A stretch of 64,000 bases of DNA, taken from IMG/VR virus record IMGVR_UViG_3300042864_000170, one strand, 5' to 3'. Made by a program: the position numbers and the translations under genes. Positions 37,047 to 47,528 of this stretch are shown here, piece after piece. Every line of letters begins with the position of its first letter. Position 1 is the first letter of the stretch. The DNA comes from an uncultured virus (IMG/VR IMGVR_UViG_3300042864_000170) (lineage: Duplodnaviria; Heunggongvirae; Uroviricota; Caudoviricetes). A model generated the notes under the pieces. The model was not told the DNA's origin and did not search any database. It was given only the letters and a program-made list of their open reading frames with translations.

Positions 37047-37173
37047 AGCGGGGTATTTGACTATGTGTATATACGCTGTATGACTAATCCCCAATAGACC
37101 TACAGCGGGGTATTTGACTATGTGTATATATAAGAATCCCGCTATAACGTATTAGGCTGTAGCGGGGTATTTG
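37047..37173. repeat. Three AGCGGGGTATTTG repeats with exact 57-bp period
   Basis: Starts 37047, 37104, 37161; first two share 27 bp. Confidence 0.85.
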
Positions 37174-37207
37174 GGTGTATACAGTGTAGTGTATATATAC
37201 TGTGTGT

Positions 37208-37939
37208 TTAGAACTTAATCCATGTCCAGTCCATACCGTGTACAGGTGTTAGTCCCACATGACTTCTTGGTATAAAGTATTTGTCCGTTTTGATCTTTAA
37301 TTGATCAACTAGATTACTATACACACTGTCGACCATTACTAGACTTTCTGCGCCTTCTATGATCTTTAGCCAGTCGAAGATGCTGTCAGTTTCCGCTTTG
37401 ATATACACTGTTTGCCAGTCGCTGGGTATTATACTGGGATCGAAGTTGGCCGTGTGATCGCTGCCTTCTAGATGTACTACTGCGTATTTTTCATTGGTAA
37501 TGATCTTGTCATATAGACGTTGTTCTCTTTGTGCATCACGCTGAATACACTCGCTAAGTTTCCACTTGTTTAAGAATGGTACGCCCGCTTTGATGTACTT
37601 GTATTGATCAAACTTGGTCTGTTGAAAGTACAGTTCTTCGTGGAATTTATGGCCCGTCAGTGCTTGATACAGGGGGATGATCTCGTCACAATGAAAGTTC
37701 TTCAGGGCCTTCATGGGTTGGTCGTAGAAGAAACTGCCCGGGTCTGTCTGCACTGGAATCCATTTGATCCAGGGTACTGTGTGTTCAAAGTGCGAGATGA
37801 ATTCTGTACATATGGGCCACAGAATATCCCAGCCTTGATCGTGATAAAATTTAGCTATGGGCAGAGCTATCACTATGTCGCCTAGACCTCTTGATTGTAC
37901 TATGCCCAGTTTGGGTCTACGTGGAGATTTTGCTGTCAT
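37208..37939 (-). CDS. GT9-like glycosyltransferase
   Basis: RGLGDIVIALP; SIFDWLKIIEGA..VMVDS. Confidence 0.55.
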   Translation of the reverse strand: MTAKSPRRPKLGIVQSRGLGDIVIALPIAKFYHDQGWDILWPICTEFISHFEHTVPWIKWIPVQTDPGSFFYDQPMKALKNFHCDEIIPLYQALTGHKFHEELYFQQTKFDQYKYIKAGVPFLNKWKLSECIQRDAQREQRLYDKIITNEKYAVVHLEGSDHTANFDPSIIPSDWQTVYIKAETDSIFDWLKIIEGAESLVMVDSVYSNLVDQLKIKTDKYFIPRSHVGLTPVHGMDWTWIKF

Positions 37940-37947
37940 ATTGTTGA

Positions 37948-38706
37948 TTAAAAGTATTCGCCGCGGGGATGATCCGGGAACCAGCATTCATTGCGTTCCT
38001 GTGGTAGATCTCTGCGTAGTTCACAGGCCCAGTCCGCTCCCAGTCCTATGGCCAGACTCAAACCTAGGCTTTGATTGCCCACGAACTGATCCGCACCCGC
38101 AATGACTTCAGCCAACTCCAGTAGGGTCTCTGTGGGATGATAGGGTATGGCCCAGTTGGCAAACTTACAGAACTCTTGATGCTCTTCGGGTAGACCCACA
38201 AACACAGCTCGATCTTCTGCTTGATCACGAATGGCTGTCCAACCTGTTAGACTGTCGGGACTGTTCCAACGAGCGGACCTGTTGACCACTATTTCCGCAA
38301 TGGGCGTGGGCTTGGGCACGGTGAGCCAGGGTTGATTGCGTAAAATTGTGCGCAGACCCGGCTCTCGGATCTTGAATGCTTCTGCGTAGCAGTCCACATA
38401 GTTGCCCGGGTGACCCACGAACAAGGGTCTGAATAGATCCAAATTGTGCGTGATTTCCTCTTTGGGATCCAGTGCATCACAGCGTGTGATGTAGTCCTGG
38501 GCCAGGAAAAAGCTCTGCATGAAGTCTAGATCTTTTGGGGTCATGCGACCCTGATGGAATGGGTTTGGGGGGCTACCGTAGTAGTGTTGACCTATCCAGT
38601 CAACTTGATTGAGGTGTAGATAAAATTCTCCACCGCCAAAGTGACGCATTATGGGCAGAGCATATATGATGTCGCCCATGGTACCTGAATGTTTGTATCG
38701 TTTCAT
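37948..38706 (-). CDS. GT9-like glycosyltransferase
   Basis: HSGTMGDIIYALP; LLELAEVIAGADQFVGNQS. Confidence 0.6.
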   Translation of the reverse strand: MKRYKHSGTMGDIIYALPIMRHFGGGEFYLHLNQVDWIGQHYYGSPPNPFHQGRMTPKDLDFMQSFFLAQDYITRCDALDPKEEITHNLDLFRPLFVGHPGNYVDCYAEAFKIREPGLRTILRNQPWLTVPKPTPIAEIVVNRSARWNSPDSLTGWTAIRDQAEDRAVFVGLPEEHQEFCKFANWAIPYHPTETLLELAEVIAGADQFVGNQSLGLSLAIGLGADWACELRRDLPQERNECWFPDHPRGEYF

Positions 38707-38781
38707 AATGTTAGTATTTAATCTAAGCTGATTTGTCAATGTCGAGATCAAGGATAAATATCACACTATTGTAACATCATT

Positions 38782-39609
38782 ATGACCTATCCACTATATT
38801 CCAGTCCATTGACTCTAATCCAGATCGACGACTACAACACCATCTACAACAATGTGGAAGAAATTCTGGGCACGGGCATAGATGGCTATGGGTTGACCTG
38901 GCTGAACAGTGTGCCCGTGACCAATCGCAACAGGGTCACAGCCCAGGGTTGGCATAACTTGATTGCTGACATTAATCAAATACATCTTCACGTACTAAAC
39001 GTCACTACATCAACAGTGGGCCCCACAACAGGCACTACCCTGGTCTCCACAGCCACACATAATGATCTACACTACAGAGCTCTTTGGCTCTTGGACGATG
39101 TGCGTCGGTACACTTGCCATCCTAGCCAGTACTTCTCAGATGGTGGTAATACTATAGATCGCACAGGCGCTGTGACCACAAGCCCTTATAGAGGGGGTGT
39201 TAGTACCAGTACAACTACATCATGGGTTGGGGAAATCAGCCATGTGGTCACGGCCAGTTGGACTACTAGCCTGCTAGGTCACTATTTCTTTAACACTGGG
39301 GGTGAGTTTGTTTGGAGCAGTTTCTACGATGACACCACGGGGGTCAACGATCTAGATCAGGAGTGGGCTGCATTTATACTCTATATACAGGATACCCAGA
39401 ACTGGAAATATACCAGAACACAGTGGCGCGACACAGCCTGGCCCACTACCAGTACCTACTGGACCAGTGGTACCCTGCAGATCAGCATGGTAGCACAAAA
39501 GGACGTTAACACCGGCAAGGGTGTGGAATTTACCATAACCTATACAGATACCACGGCTCCTGGCTTTATCATCACGCCCAAGACCCATTTTGAGAACATC
39601 GTACTATAA
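38782..39609 (+). CDS. Putative virion structural protein
   Basis: Thr-rich, YFFNTGG; TAAATA upstream at 38755. Confidence 0.55.
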   Translation: MTYPLYSSPLTLIQIDDYNTIYNNVEEILGTGIDGYGLTWLNSVPVTNRNRVTAQGWHNLIADINQIHLHVLNVTTSTVGPTTGTTLVSTATHNDLHYRALWLLDDVRRYTCHPSQYFSDGGNTIDRTGAVTTSPYRGGVSTSTTTSWVGEISHVVTASWTTSLLGHYFFNTGGEFVWSSFYDDTTGVNDLDQEWAAFILYIQDTQNWKYTRTQWRDTAWPTTSTYWTSGTLQISMVAQKDVNTGKGVEFTITYTDTTAPGFIITPKTHFENIVL

Positions 39610-39624
39610 AAGAGAACAACATAT

Positions 39625-40449
39625 ATGGCAGCGGGAAACTTTAAACTATACAACAACAGTGCAAACACCATCACTGTTACCACATTCTCTTTTACAATTG
39701 ACAACACTAAGATACTGCAACACGCGAATCTCACAGTATTTGGAGAGGGCAGTGACATTACCACAACGCCCATTACCCTGGCTAGTCCGTTGGTGTTGCC
39801 CCCACGTACATACAGTTCTGAATTTACCACATTCCATACTTCGGCCACACTGGTCACAGGTGACTATCTCAGTGTTTTAACAGTGTCTGGTCAGTACCCG
39901 GACGCTAGTTCAACTACTACATCAGAGACCACAACAGTGCGTATTTCTGGAACATCGCAGCCAGACCCAGAAGTTCCTTACACACCTACAGGTGACGGCG
40001 GTGGTGGCGGTGGTGTTTCTTGTGCTGACAGCAACAGTAGTAGTTGCTCGGCCAGCGGCAGCGGCAGCGGCAGCGCCGGTGCTTGCGTAGTAGCAACAGC
40101 GTTGACTACCGCTGGCACTTGGTCTTTATCTGAAAAAATGGAATTAGTAAAGTGGTGCGAAAATGCTTTACATGATACAATGTTAGGTGAAACATTTCGA
40201 CGCGGTTATCAGGTTATTGGATCAAAAATCATTCTTCCTTTATTGTTTAAAAACGGAACAAGGTGGACATCTAAATATGTAGAATGGTCATTTACTAATG
40301 CTACAAATATGTTACGCGGTAACAGATTTAATAAATTATCTATACCAAATAGTGTTGTTTGGTTAGCGGCAATGACTGTAACTGGTGCTGTTGTAAGTAA
40401 AAGATATGCAAGAAAATCGTGGATATCCTTATATAGGAAAAACAAATAA
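39625..40449 (+). CDS. Virion-like protein: Thr-rich beta domain, Gly/Ser linker, CVVATAL C-terminal domain
   Basis: Domain boundaries visible in the translation. Confidence 0.55.
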   Translation: MAAGNFKLYNNSANTITVTTFSFTIDNTKILQHANLTVFGEGSDITTTPITLASPLVLPPRTYSSEFTTFHTSATLVTGDYLSVLTVSGQYPDASSTTTSETTTVRISGTSQPDPEVPYTPTGDGGGGGGVSCADSNSSSCSASGSGSGSAGACVVATALTTAGTWSLSEKMELVKWCENALHDTMLGETFRRGYQVIGSKIILPLLFKNGTRWTSKYVEWSFTNATNMLRGNRFNKLSIPNSVVWLAAMTVTGAVVSKRYARKSWISLYRKNK

Positions 40450-40452
40450 GTC

Positions 40453-41982
40453 ATGGCAAATAATTTTGATACTAATCTAAGAATTACCAGTTCACTCGGA
40501 TTTAGAATATCTGGTGGCGCTGTTAAAGGCCCAGTTCCAACATTAGAGACACTGAAATATCTATGGGAACCAGTTAAGAGGGCACCTACGGCTGTTACTC
40601 AAACAAAGATATTACGAGTAACACCTAATCCCGTTCCTACCTTTGTATTTCCACCAGCTTCGACCAGTACCACAGATCTTGTTTTGCAAAATCCAACTAA
40701 CTGGGCAGATTTGTTAAAATGGTACAGTACTGCTACACGACAGACTCTTACCCTACATAATGACGGAAATACTCCTTTGACCGTAGGAGACACTGATGGT
40801 AATGGTATTAAACGATCTTTTCCTAACGGAGTCTTTCCAATATTTCATACTACCAGTTCCTTTGTTATCCCTCCGGGCGGCAGTCAAAACTTTATTATCT
40901 CTTATTATGGAACTGAAGTAGGTCAATATTCTAATTTCTTAAATATTGTTTCTGATTTTGATGCTGTAAACTATAAGATACCTACATTTCAAAATGTAGA
41001 ACGTACCTTTAGTATGCGTGTAAGTCCCATCACTGCAACTACCACGGCAACACAGCTAGGAGAACAAGTACGTCAAAGTTTTGAAATTATGCCCGTATAT
41101 GATCTAATTGATCAGCCAGATGTACTATTAGATTTTACTACATCGTTTGGAAACAACAACCCAGGATGGAGCATCGTTGATAAAGCCAACAATACCTTTA
41201 CTGTAAGATTGCGTGTGCTAGAGCTAAACAACACACCCGGAACCTATACTAACAATGTAACTATTGCATCTGAAGGCGGTGTTGGAATTAACTCTGTAGT
41301 CACAGTCACTAACATAGTTAATGTAGCTATTGACCTTTCGAGATTTGAATCCTTGGGTTATTGGGTAAGTCCTGCTGCACCGTATAACAGTGTTATAGGA
41401 ATGAGTTACGACAAGATTGATCAAGTTAAAGTTCTTACCATAGGTGTAGGTACAGGTGGAGATGGCACAGATTTATATGGTGCTGGTGGTCAAGTCTTTA
41501 CAGCAACCAGCACATTGGGCTATCTTGCCACAGCTACAGACTATCCGTATAGTGGATGGGCCACTGTATATAGATTCCCGTTATCGTCTACTGGACCTGT
41601 ACAGCATCTCAGTAGCGCCACAAATAGTGACGGCCTGCCACTGTATAAGGTAAAGAGTACACCAGGATTGGACTACGAAACATCTTTTGGTTTAGAATCT
41701 TCTGTAGGATCTATGTTCATTGTCAATGACGACGGCAACGGAAACGTTAATGTTTCATTAAATCAGTTGAGGGACATATCGGATCTTAACAGTGATTTTG
41801 ATACAACACTAAAAAATCTAACTAGAGCATTCCATTATTATTCGAATGTTGATACTCCGCCTAGGTATTACCAGTTAGACTCCGGCGCTATACTTGATGG
41901 AACAGTGACACGTAAATTTATAGGATTTGACAATTCGGGTACAGTACTGACCAGCATTGTGTCGCTGCCTAAGAGTTTCTAA
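40453..41982 (+). CDS. Putative virion protein with Ig-like domains
   Basis: TLTLHNDGNTPLTV..IPPGGSQNF Ig-like pattern. Confidence 0.55.
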   Translation: MANNFDTNLRITSSLGFRISGGAVKGPVPTLETLKYLWEPVKRAPTAVTQTKILRVTPNPVPTFVFPPASTSTTDLVLQNPTNWADLLKWYSTATRQTLTLHNDGNTPLTVGDTDGNGIKRSFPNGVFPIFHTTSSFVIPPGGSQNFIISYYGTEVGQYSNFLNIVSDFDAVNYKIPTFQNVERTFSMRVSPITATTTATQLGEQVRQSFEIMPVYDLIDQPDVLLDFTTSFGNNNPGWSIVDKANNTFTVRLRVLELNNTPGTYTNNVTIASEGGVGINSVVTVTNIVNVAIDLSRFESLGYWVSPAAPYNSVIGMSYDKIDQVKVLTIGVGTGGDGTDLYGAGGQVFTATSTLGYLATATDYPYSGWATVYRFPLSSTGPVQHLSSATNSDGLPLYKVKSTPGLDYETSFGLESSVGSMFIVNDDGNGNVNVSLNQLRDISDLNSDFDTTLKNLTRAFHYYSNVDTPPRYYQLDSGAILDGTVTRKFIGFDNSGTVLTSIVSLPKSF

Positions 41983-42021
41983 AAGATTCGGAAGCATTCT
42001 CTACTAAGATAATTAGTAGTA

Positions 42022-44967
42022 ATGCTTCTAGATCAATACCCCAAAATCAATACAGACCTAATCAAAGAAATCCCCTGGGGAGGGGATGAGTTTTATTATG
42101 ACCAACAATTATACAACTTAGGTGAAGGCGATACTGAATTCTTAGTGATAAATCCTTATGCAAGACATTCTAGTGTCTTGAACTTTGTAAATGATGTGCC
42201 TAAAACAAGAAAATGTCTAGTTTGGACATACAAAGGTGAGTGGGTAGCCAAACTGTTTAAAGATGGGTGGCACCCATATGCTGGATATGAAACACATGAA
42301 ATAGAAGTACCAAAGAATCACATGTGGGCAAAAACGCCTATCTGGAAAAAGAATTCTGCAATAGCAAGTTCTATTACATTTGAATTTAATCCTATAGAAA
42401 GTTATGTATATAATCAAGACGATGCTGACTATACGTTAGTTTGGTACATTGATCCTAGAGTCAATCCTTTAGAAGATAAAATATGGGCATTTACTTGTGA
42501 GGTGCCTGGCGCCAACGTTAAAGGCGAGAAAGACATGGGATACGTTATGCCTGAAATGCGAGTTACATGGAATCCTGATCTTCCTAAACTACTCATCGAT
42601 GTCAACGAATGTTATCCGCCATTTTGGTTTCTGGATTACGTTACTGCACTTGAGCTGGATCCTAACTACAGTCCAAAACCAGGTACTTGGTTGATTAAGT
42701 TTGAACCTAAACGTAAAAAAACTTCTAAATGGGAATGGTTAGGCACAGTTAGTCCTGAGTTTAAAATTGAACAAAATCCTAGCCTACCAGAAATGCGTTT
42801 TGATTTAGATTACGACATTCCTTGGCACGATCTAGCCTATGAACATATATGGTATCTAGACAAAGAAATAAACGGGGAGAAGATTTGGGCTTTGAAAATT
42901 ACTCCCAGTGCAGAGATTGTGGGTGTTAAAGAAATAGGAACAGTTACTCCTCTGATTGCCGAAACACTGGATGTAATCTTTATTAGTTACCATGAATCTA
43001 ATGCAGAAGAGAATTGGCAGCGTGTTTTAGAAAAAGCACCACATGCCAAACGTGTGGATGGTGTTACTGGTATCTTTGAGGCACATAAGGCAGCGGCTAA
43101 GTTATCCAAGACTGACATGTTCTATGTAGTCGACGGTGATGCTTACTTAGTCGATGACTGGCAGTTCGACTACCAACCAGAGATATTTGATAGAGACTGT
43201 ACATACGTCTGGCACAGTAAGAATCCTGTTAATGATTTAGAATATGGTTACGGTGGCGTTAAATTATTCCCTAAGCGGGCATTTGGCAAAATCAAAGTTT
43301 GGAAAACATTAGACCTACTGACGACTATTGTTCCTAAATTAAAAGTCTTCGATAAAGTCAGTAACATTACAACATTTAACACAGACGAGTTTGCCACATG
43401 GCGAAGTGCATTTAGGGAAACAATTAAGTTATGCAATACCATTGCACAAGATCCCGATAATGCTGAAGCTATTGATAGATTGGCAGCATGGGAGACTCTG
43501 GGAGTAGATAGGCCGTTCGGTAATTATGCATTATCTGCTGTACATTCTGCTAAAGAGTTCTTTGATGCAAATAAAAATACACCAACATTACAACAAATAA
43601 ATAACAGGTCCTGGTTACTCACAATGTTCAACTCAAAAAAAATAACTGCCTTCGATTACAAACCTATTAAAATTGTCAAAAAAGAAGATGTAGTTGCAGT
43701 TGCAACAAATACAACCACAATATGTGCAGTGCCCTGGATGCATCTTGCATTTGAACCTAGTGGAAAAGTAATTCCGTGTTGCCTAACCTCTGTACATAAT
43801 TATTTTGCTGGTGATCTAACACATCAGAGCATTGAAGAAATTTGGAACAGCGGCAATATGAAATCTTTAAGAAAAGATATGATAGGGGGCAAAGAGCCCG
43901 AAATATGCCGTAAATGTTTTGATAGAGAACGGGTCACTGGTGAAAGTGGTCGTTTCTATCACAATAGAGACTTTCCAGAGGTAGTAAAAAAAATTCCAGA
44001 AATTACACTAGCAGACGGAACATGCACTACTATGGAGTTGAAGTATTGGGATTTCCGTTTTAGTAATCTTTGCAATTTTAAATGTCGTAGTTGCGGACCA
44101 CGTTACAGTTCAGCATGGGTGCCGGATGCTAAAAAATTAGGCCTCACTGATCAAGAAAAAATATGGAGCATCGAATCAGTAGATGATAAGAATAACTTTG
44201 ATTTTCTAAAAGATCAAATTAACCATGTGGAAAGAATTTACTTTGCTGGAGGCGAACCTCTACTCATGCCTGAACACTGGCAAATTTTAGAAATGTTGGT
44301 AGAAAAACAACGATTTGATGTTAAACTATCATATAACACAAATGCATCAGTGTTATCTTATAATAAGAAAAATGTTATTGACTACTGGCGGCGATGGAAC
44401 TTTGGCAAATTAGAAATATGGCCCAGTATCGATGAAGTTGGAGAACGTGCAGAACTCATTCGAGCCGGCACTGTATGGTCTAAGGTTGAGTCAAATCTAA
44501 AAGAATTGATGACATTAGATAATGCTATCATACGCCCGGGTATTACTGTAGGTGCTTGGAATGTTGGCAGATTTCCTGAAATTATTAAACATTTGATTTC
44601 AATAGGAGTTATACGTCAACATCCTAAAACCAAATTTATTAATTACAATAATTTCTTCATCAATTTGTTAGAACATCCTTCACATTATCATGTTAGTATT
44701 CTACCCGATGATTATCGTGCAGAGACTGTAATTAAATTAGAAACTTTTGTCAAAGAGCACAACGAAACATATAATACAAGCATAGATCATCTTTTAACAC
44801 ATATCATACATGAATTAAAAAAACCATTTGATTTAACATCAGCAAAGAAATTTGTAACAGTGACGGAACAATTGGATAAGTTAAGAGGTGAGAATACTTA
44901 TGAAATCATACCAGAAATGAAATTAGTGTTAGAAGCAACAAGGAATAATGAATATGGACAAGATTGA
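42022..44967 (+). CDS. Fusion: three internal repeats + GT-A-like domain + twitch/SPASM radical SAM
   Basis: Repeats W.LD...W...G.V.P; FISYHE..VVDGD; CAVPW..PCC..CRKC; CNFKCRSC; FAGGEP. Confidence 0.8.
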   Translation: MLLDQYPKINTDLIKEIPWGGDEFYYDQQLYNLGEGDTEFLVINPYARHSSVLNFVNDVPKTRKCLVWTYKGEWVAKLFKDGWHPYAGYETHEIEVPKNHMWAKTPIWKKNSAIASSITFEFNPIESYVYNQDDADYTLVWYIDPRVNPLEDKIWAFTCEVPGANVKGEKDMGYVMPEMRVTWNPDLPKLLIDVNECYPPFWFLDYVTALELDPNYSPKPGTWLIKFEPKRKKTSKWEWLGTVSPEFKIEQNPSLPEMRFDLDYDIPWHDLAYEHIWYLDKEINGEKIWALKITPSAEIVGVKEIGTVTPLIAETLDVIFISYHESNAEENWQRVLEKAPHAKRVDGVTGIFEAHKAAAKLSKTDMFYVVDGDAYLVDDWQFDYQPEIFDRDCTYVWHSKNPVNDLEYGYGGVKLFPKRAFGKIKVWKTLDLLTTIVPKLKVFDKVSNITTFNTDEFATWRSAFRETIKLCNTIAQDPDNAEAIDRLAAWETLGVDRPFGNYALSAVHSAKEFFDANKNTPTLQQINNRSWLLTMFNSKKITAFDYKPIKIVKKEDVVAVATNTTTICAVPWMHLAFEPSGKVIPCCLTSVHNYFAGDLTHQSIEEIWNSGNMKSLRKDMIGGKEPEICRKCFDRERVTGESGRFYHNRDFPEVVKKIPEITLADGTCTTMELKYWDFRFSNLCNFKCRSCGPRYSSAWVPDAKKLGLTDQEKIWSIESVDDKNNFDFLKDQINHVERIYFAGGEPLLMPEHWQILEMLVEKQRFDVKLSYNTNASVLSYNKKNVIDYWRRWNFGKLEIWPSIDEVGERAELIRAGTVWSKVESNLKELMTLDNAIIRPGITVGAWNVGRFPEIIKHLISIGVIRQHPKTKFINYNNFFINLLEHPSHYHVSILPDDYRAETVIKLETFVKEHNETYNTSIDHLLTHIIHELKKPFDLTSAKKFVTVTEQLDKLRGENTYEIIPEMKLVLEATRNNEYGQD

Positions 44968-46297
44968 TCAATTAAGAACAGAAATTATTGAAAGTGAGAC
45001 ATTTTGTTTTTATCCTTTTACACAACTAAGTTCTAATCCCGCTGGCCACCTTAAACCGTGTTGTAATTATGTAGGAACAATGACACACCCGAACGGAGAT
45101 ATCATTAGCATTTTATCCGGGGATAATTTTAGTGATGCGTGGAACAGCGAACACCTTGTTGATTTAAGAAAAAAATTACATACAGGAGATACTCCTGATG
45201 CTTGCAGGCGTTGCATTCGAGACGGCGACGTTAGTATGCGTACACGGTCAATTGAAGATTATAAAAATAATCGAAAAACATTAGAGATAGTTGCCAACAG
45301 CATAAACAACAGTTACGAAGTGTTACACCAACCAACATATTTAGAATTAAAGCCTAGTAATTTGTGCAACCTTAAATGTGTCATGTGCAACAGTTACGAC
45401 AGTAGTCAGATTGCTAAAGAGTTAGGTGAACTTAATAATAAATTTGGTGGCATCAAAGTATTAGATGGAAGATTTATTGAAATTTCCAGTGTGTTTGGAA
45501 TCACTGAACATAATAAAACATGGAAAGATGTCGAACATCCCGATTGGTCTGATAATGAAGAAATATGGGAAAGTTTTACAAAATTAGCACCTGGACTAGA
45601 AGTATTAAGTTTTGCCGGTGGTGAACCTACAATTATGCCATTTGTGTTAAAGGCACTGCAATATGTTGTAGACAATGATCATGCTAAAAATATTACTGTA
45701 TTTTTGTCCAGTAACTTTACAAACCTAAATAAAAACTTTTTAGAGTTAATGCCTAAGTTTAAAAAGTTTGAACTCATTGCCAGTATTGACGGGTTTGATA
45801 AAGTCAACGATTATGCTAGATATCCTAGTAAATGGCGCCAGGTATCAAAGAATTACATTGAAGCAAAGAGTTATATGAAACACAGCAATGTTAAGATATT
45901 GAATAATATCACCGTTAGCTCATTGAACATTGTTAACTTAGATAGCCTATTATATTTTATAGAAGAACAGGCCAAAGTGCATCCATACTTTAAAGAGTGG
46001 CCATATAACATCAACTTAATTATGTTTCCGATGGAACAACAAATATCAATGTTACCACAGTCTCTGAAAGATTTAGCTACACAGAGATTAACAGCATATC
46101 TAGAAAATAGTCAAGTCATTAAAGATTTTCCCGGACTAGATGGAAAGATACACTTGTTATTAAATGAATTAACCAAGCCTGACAATCCGAAACTGTTTAA
46201 GGTATTCAAACATAGAATTAAAATACTTGATGACCATAGAGGAATTTCAATCGGCGATTATATTCCAGACTTGAAAGATGCTTTTAAACATGACTAA
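44948..46297 (+). CDS. Twitch/SPASM-domain radical SAM enzyme
   Basis: CFYPF..PCC..CRRC; CNLKCVMC; FAGGEP. Confidence 0.85.
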   Translation: MNMDKIDQLRTEIIESETFCFYPFTQLSSNPAGHLKPCCNYVGTMTHPNGDIISILSGDNFSDAWNSEHLVDLRKKLHTGDTPDACRRCIRDGDVSMRTRSIEDYKNNRKTLEIVANSINNSYEVLHQPTYLELKPSNLCNLKCVMCNSYDSSQIAKELGELNNKFGGIKVLDGRFIEISSVFGITEHNKTWKDVEHPDWSDNEEIWESFTKLAPGLEVLSFAGGEPTIMPFVLKALQYVVDNDHAKNITVFLSSNFTNLNKNFLELMPKFKKFELIASIDGFDKVNDYARYPSKWRQVSKNYIEAKSYMKHSNVKILNNITVSSLNIVNLDSLLYFIEEQAKVHPYFKEWPYNINLIMFPMEQQISMLPQSLKDLATQRLTAYLENSQVIKDFPGLDGKIHLLLNELTKPDNPKLFKVFKHRIKILDDHRGISIGDYIPDLKDAFKHD

Positions 46298-47525
46298 GAC
46301 ATATTGCCCGTTAGCATGGAATCATTTTTCTACACACACTGATGGCAATATGCGTCTTTGTTGTAATTCTACTAATGCAGGAAGATTAAAGAAAGATGGC
46401 AAGTTTGTAAAAATAAATGAGATAACAAGTTTGATTGAATTTTACAATATTGATCAATTAAAAAATATAAGAAAGAAAATGATAGACGGCGAGCGGGTGG
46501 CCGAGTGCCAGCATTGTTATAATGTTGAGGACAATGGGGGTGAAAGTGTTAGAAATTGGTTTGTAAAGAGATGGCCGATTGAAGATATTATAACAAACAC
46601 TGAAATGCATACGGGCAAGTTAGAATCTGTTGATGTAAATTACTTAGATTTAAGTTGGTCGAATAAGTGTAATCTACAATGCAAGATGTGTACCCCGGGA
46701 GCTAGCGATCAACTAATAAAAGAATTTAAATTCCTCAACATTAAACCATGGGGTGAAAAAGAAAGTGATTATAAAGCTCAATGGAACTATGATCAAATTA
46801 AACATATCCTTGACCTAGTAAAGACTGACGGATTAGTGCAGATATTAGTAACCGGTGGTGAACCATTAATCAACAACGATTTTTATACATTTTGTAAAGA
46901 ACTAATTAGTTCAGGTTTATCTAAACAGGTTGACTTATCTATACATACAAATTTAACTGTGACACCGTCAAAATGGTTTGACATCTGGAGCCATTTTAAG
47001 ACTATGACTATTAAAGTAAGTATTGATGCTGTTGCTGATATGTACGAATATATTAGATATCCTGGAAAATGGAACATTGTTAAAGATAATATTGATAGCA
47101 TAGTTCAATATTCGAATGAAAACGAAAATATTGGTATCGAGTTTCACACTGTGTTTTCTATTTTTAATACACATAAATTTACAGAATTGTTAGATTATAT
47201 TGTGAGGTTGGAAGGAAAGAATATTTTAAACTTTCCTCACATAAATTATATCTACGATCCAAGCTATGCATCCCCGAGTAATTTACCAACAGCTTATAAA
47301 AATACAGTGTATCAAGAAATTGCAACCTGGTTTGAAAACAATAGAGAACTACTTGAAAAAGATGCAGTTAAAGAAAAGGCTAACATATTGAGTGCAATGA
47401 TTACATTTTTAATCGGAACACCTGAGTCAGATATAAATTTTAAAAACAGTGTTTCGATAATAAAAAAGATGGATGCTTATCGAAATCACAATACAGAAAA
47501 ATATTTGCCGTGGTGGAAAAATTAA
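46290..47525 (+). CDS. Twitch/SPASM-domain radical SAM enzyme
   Basis: CPLAW..LCC..CQHC; CNLQCKMC; TGGEP. Confidence 0.85.
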   Translation: MTKTYCPLAWNHFSTHTDGNMRLCCNSTNAGRLKKDGKFVKINEITSLIEFYNIDQLKNIRKKMIDGERVAECQHCYNVEDNGGESVRNWFVKRWPIEDIITNTEMHTGKLESVDVNYLDLSWSNKCNLQCKMCTPGASDQLIKEFKFLNIKPWGEKESDYKAQWNYDQIKHILDLVKTDGLVQILVTGGEPLINNDFYTFCKELISSGLSKQVDLSIHTNLTVTPSKWFDIWSHFKTMTIKVSIDAVADMYEYIRYPGKWNIVKDNIDSIVQYSNENENIGIEFHTVFSIFNTHKFTELLDYIVRLEGKNILNFPHINYIYDPSYASPSNLPTAYKNTVYQEIATWFENNRELLEKDAVKEKANILSAMITFLIGTPESDINFKNSVSIIKKMDAYRNHNTEKYLPWWKN

Positions 47526-47528
47526 CTG

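Noticed and set aside
37047..37190. CRISPR array
   Set aside because: Only two full repeats plus a partial one, spacers partly complementary to the repeat, and no cas gene in the window; kept only as an unexplained repeat
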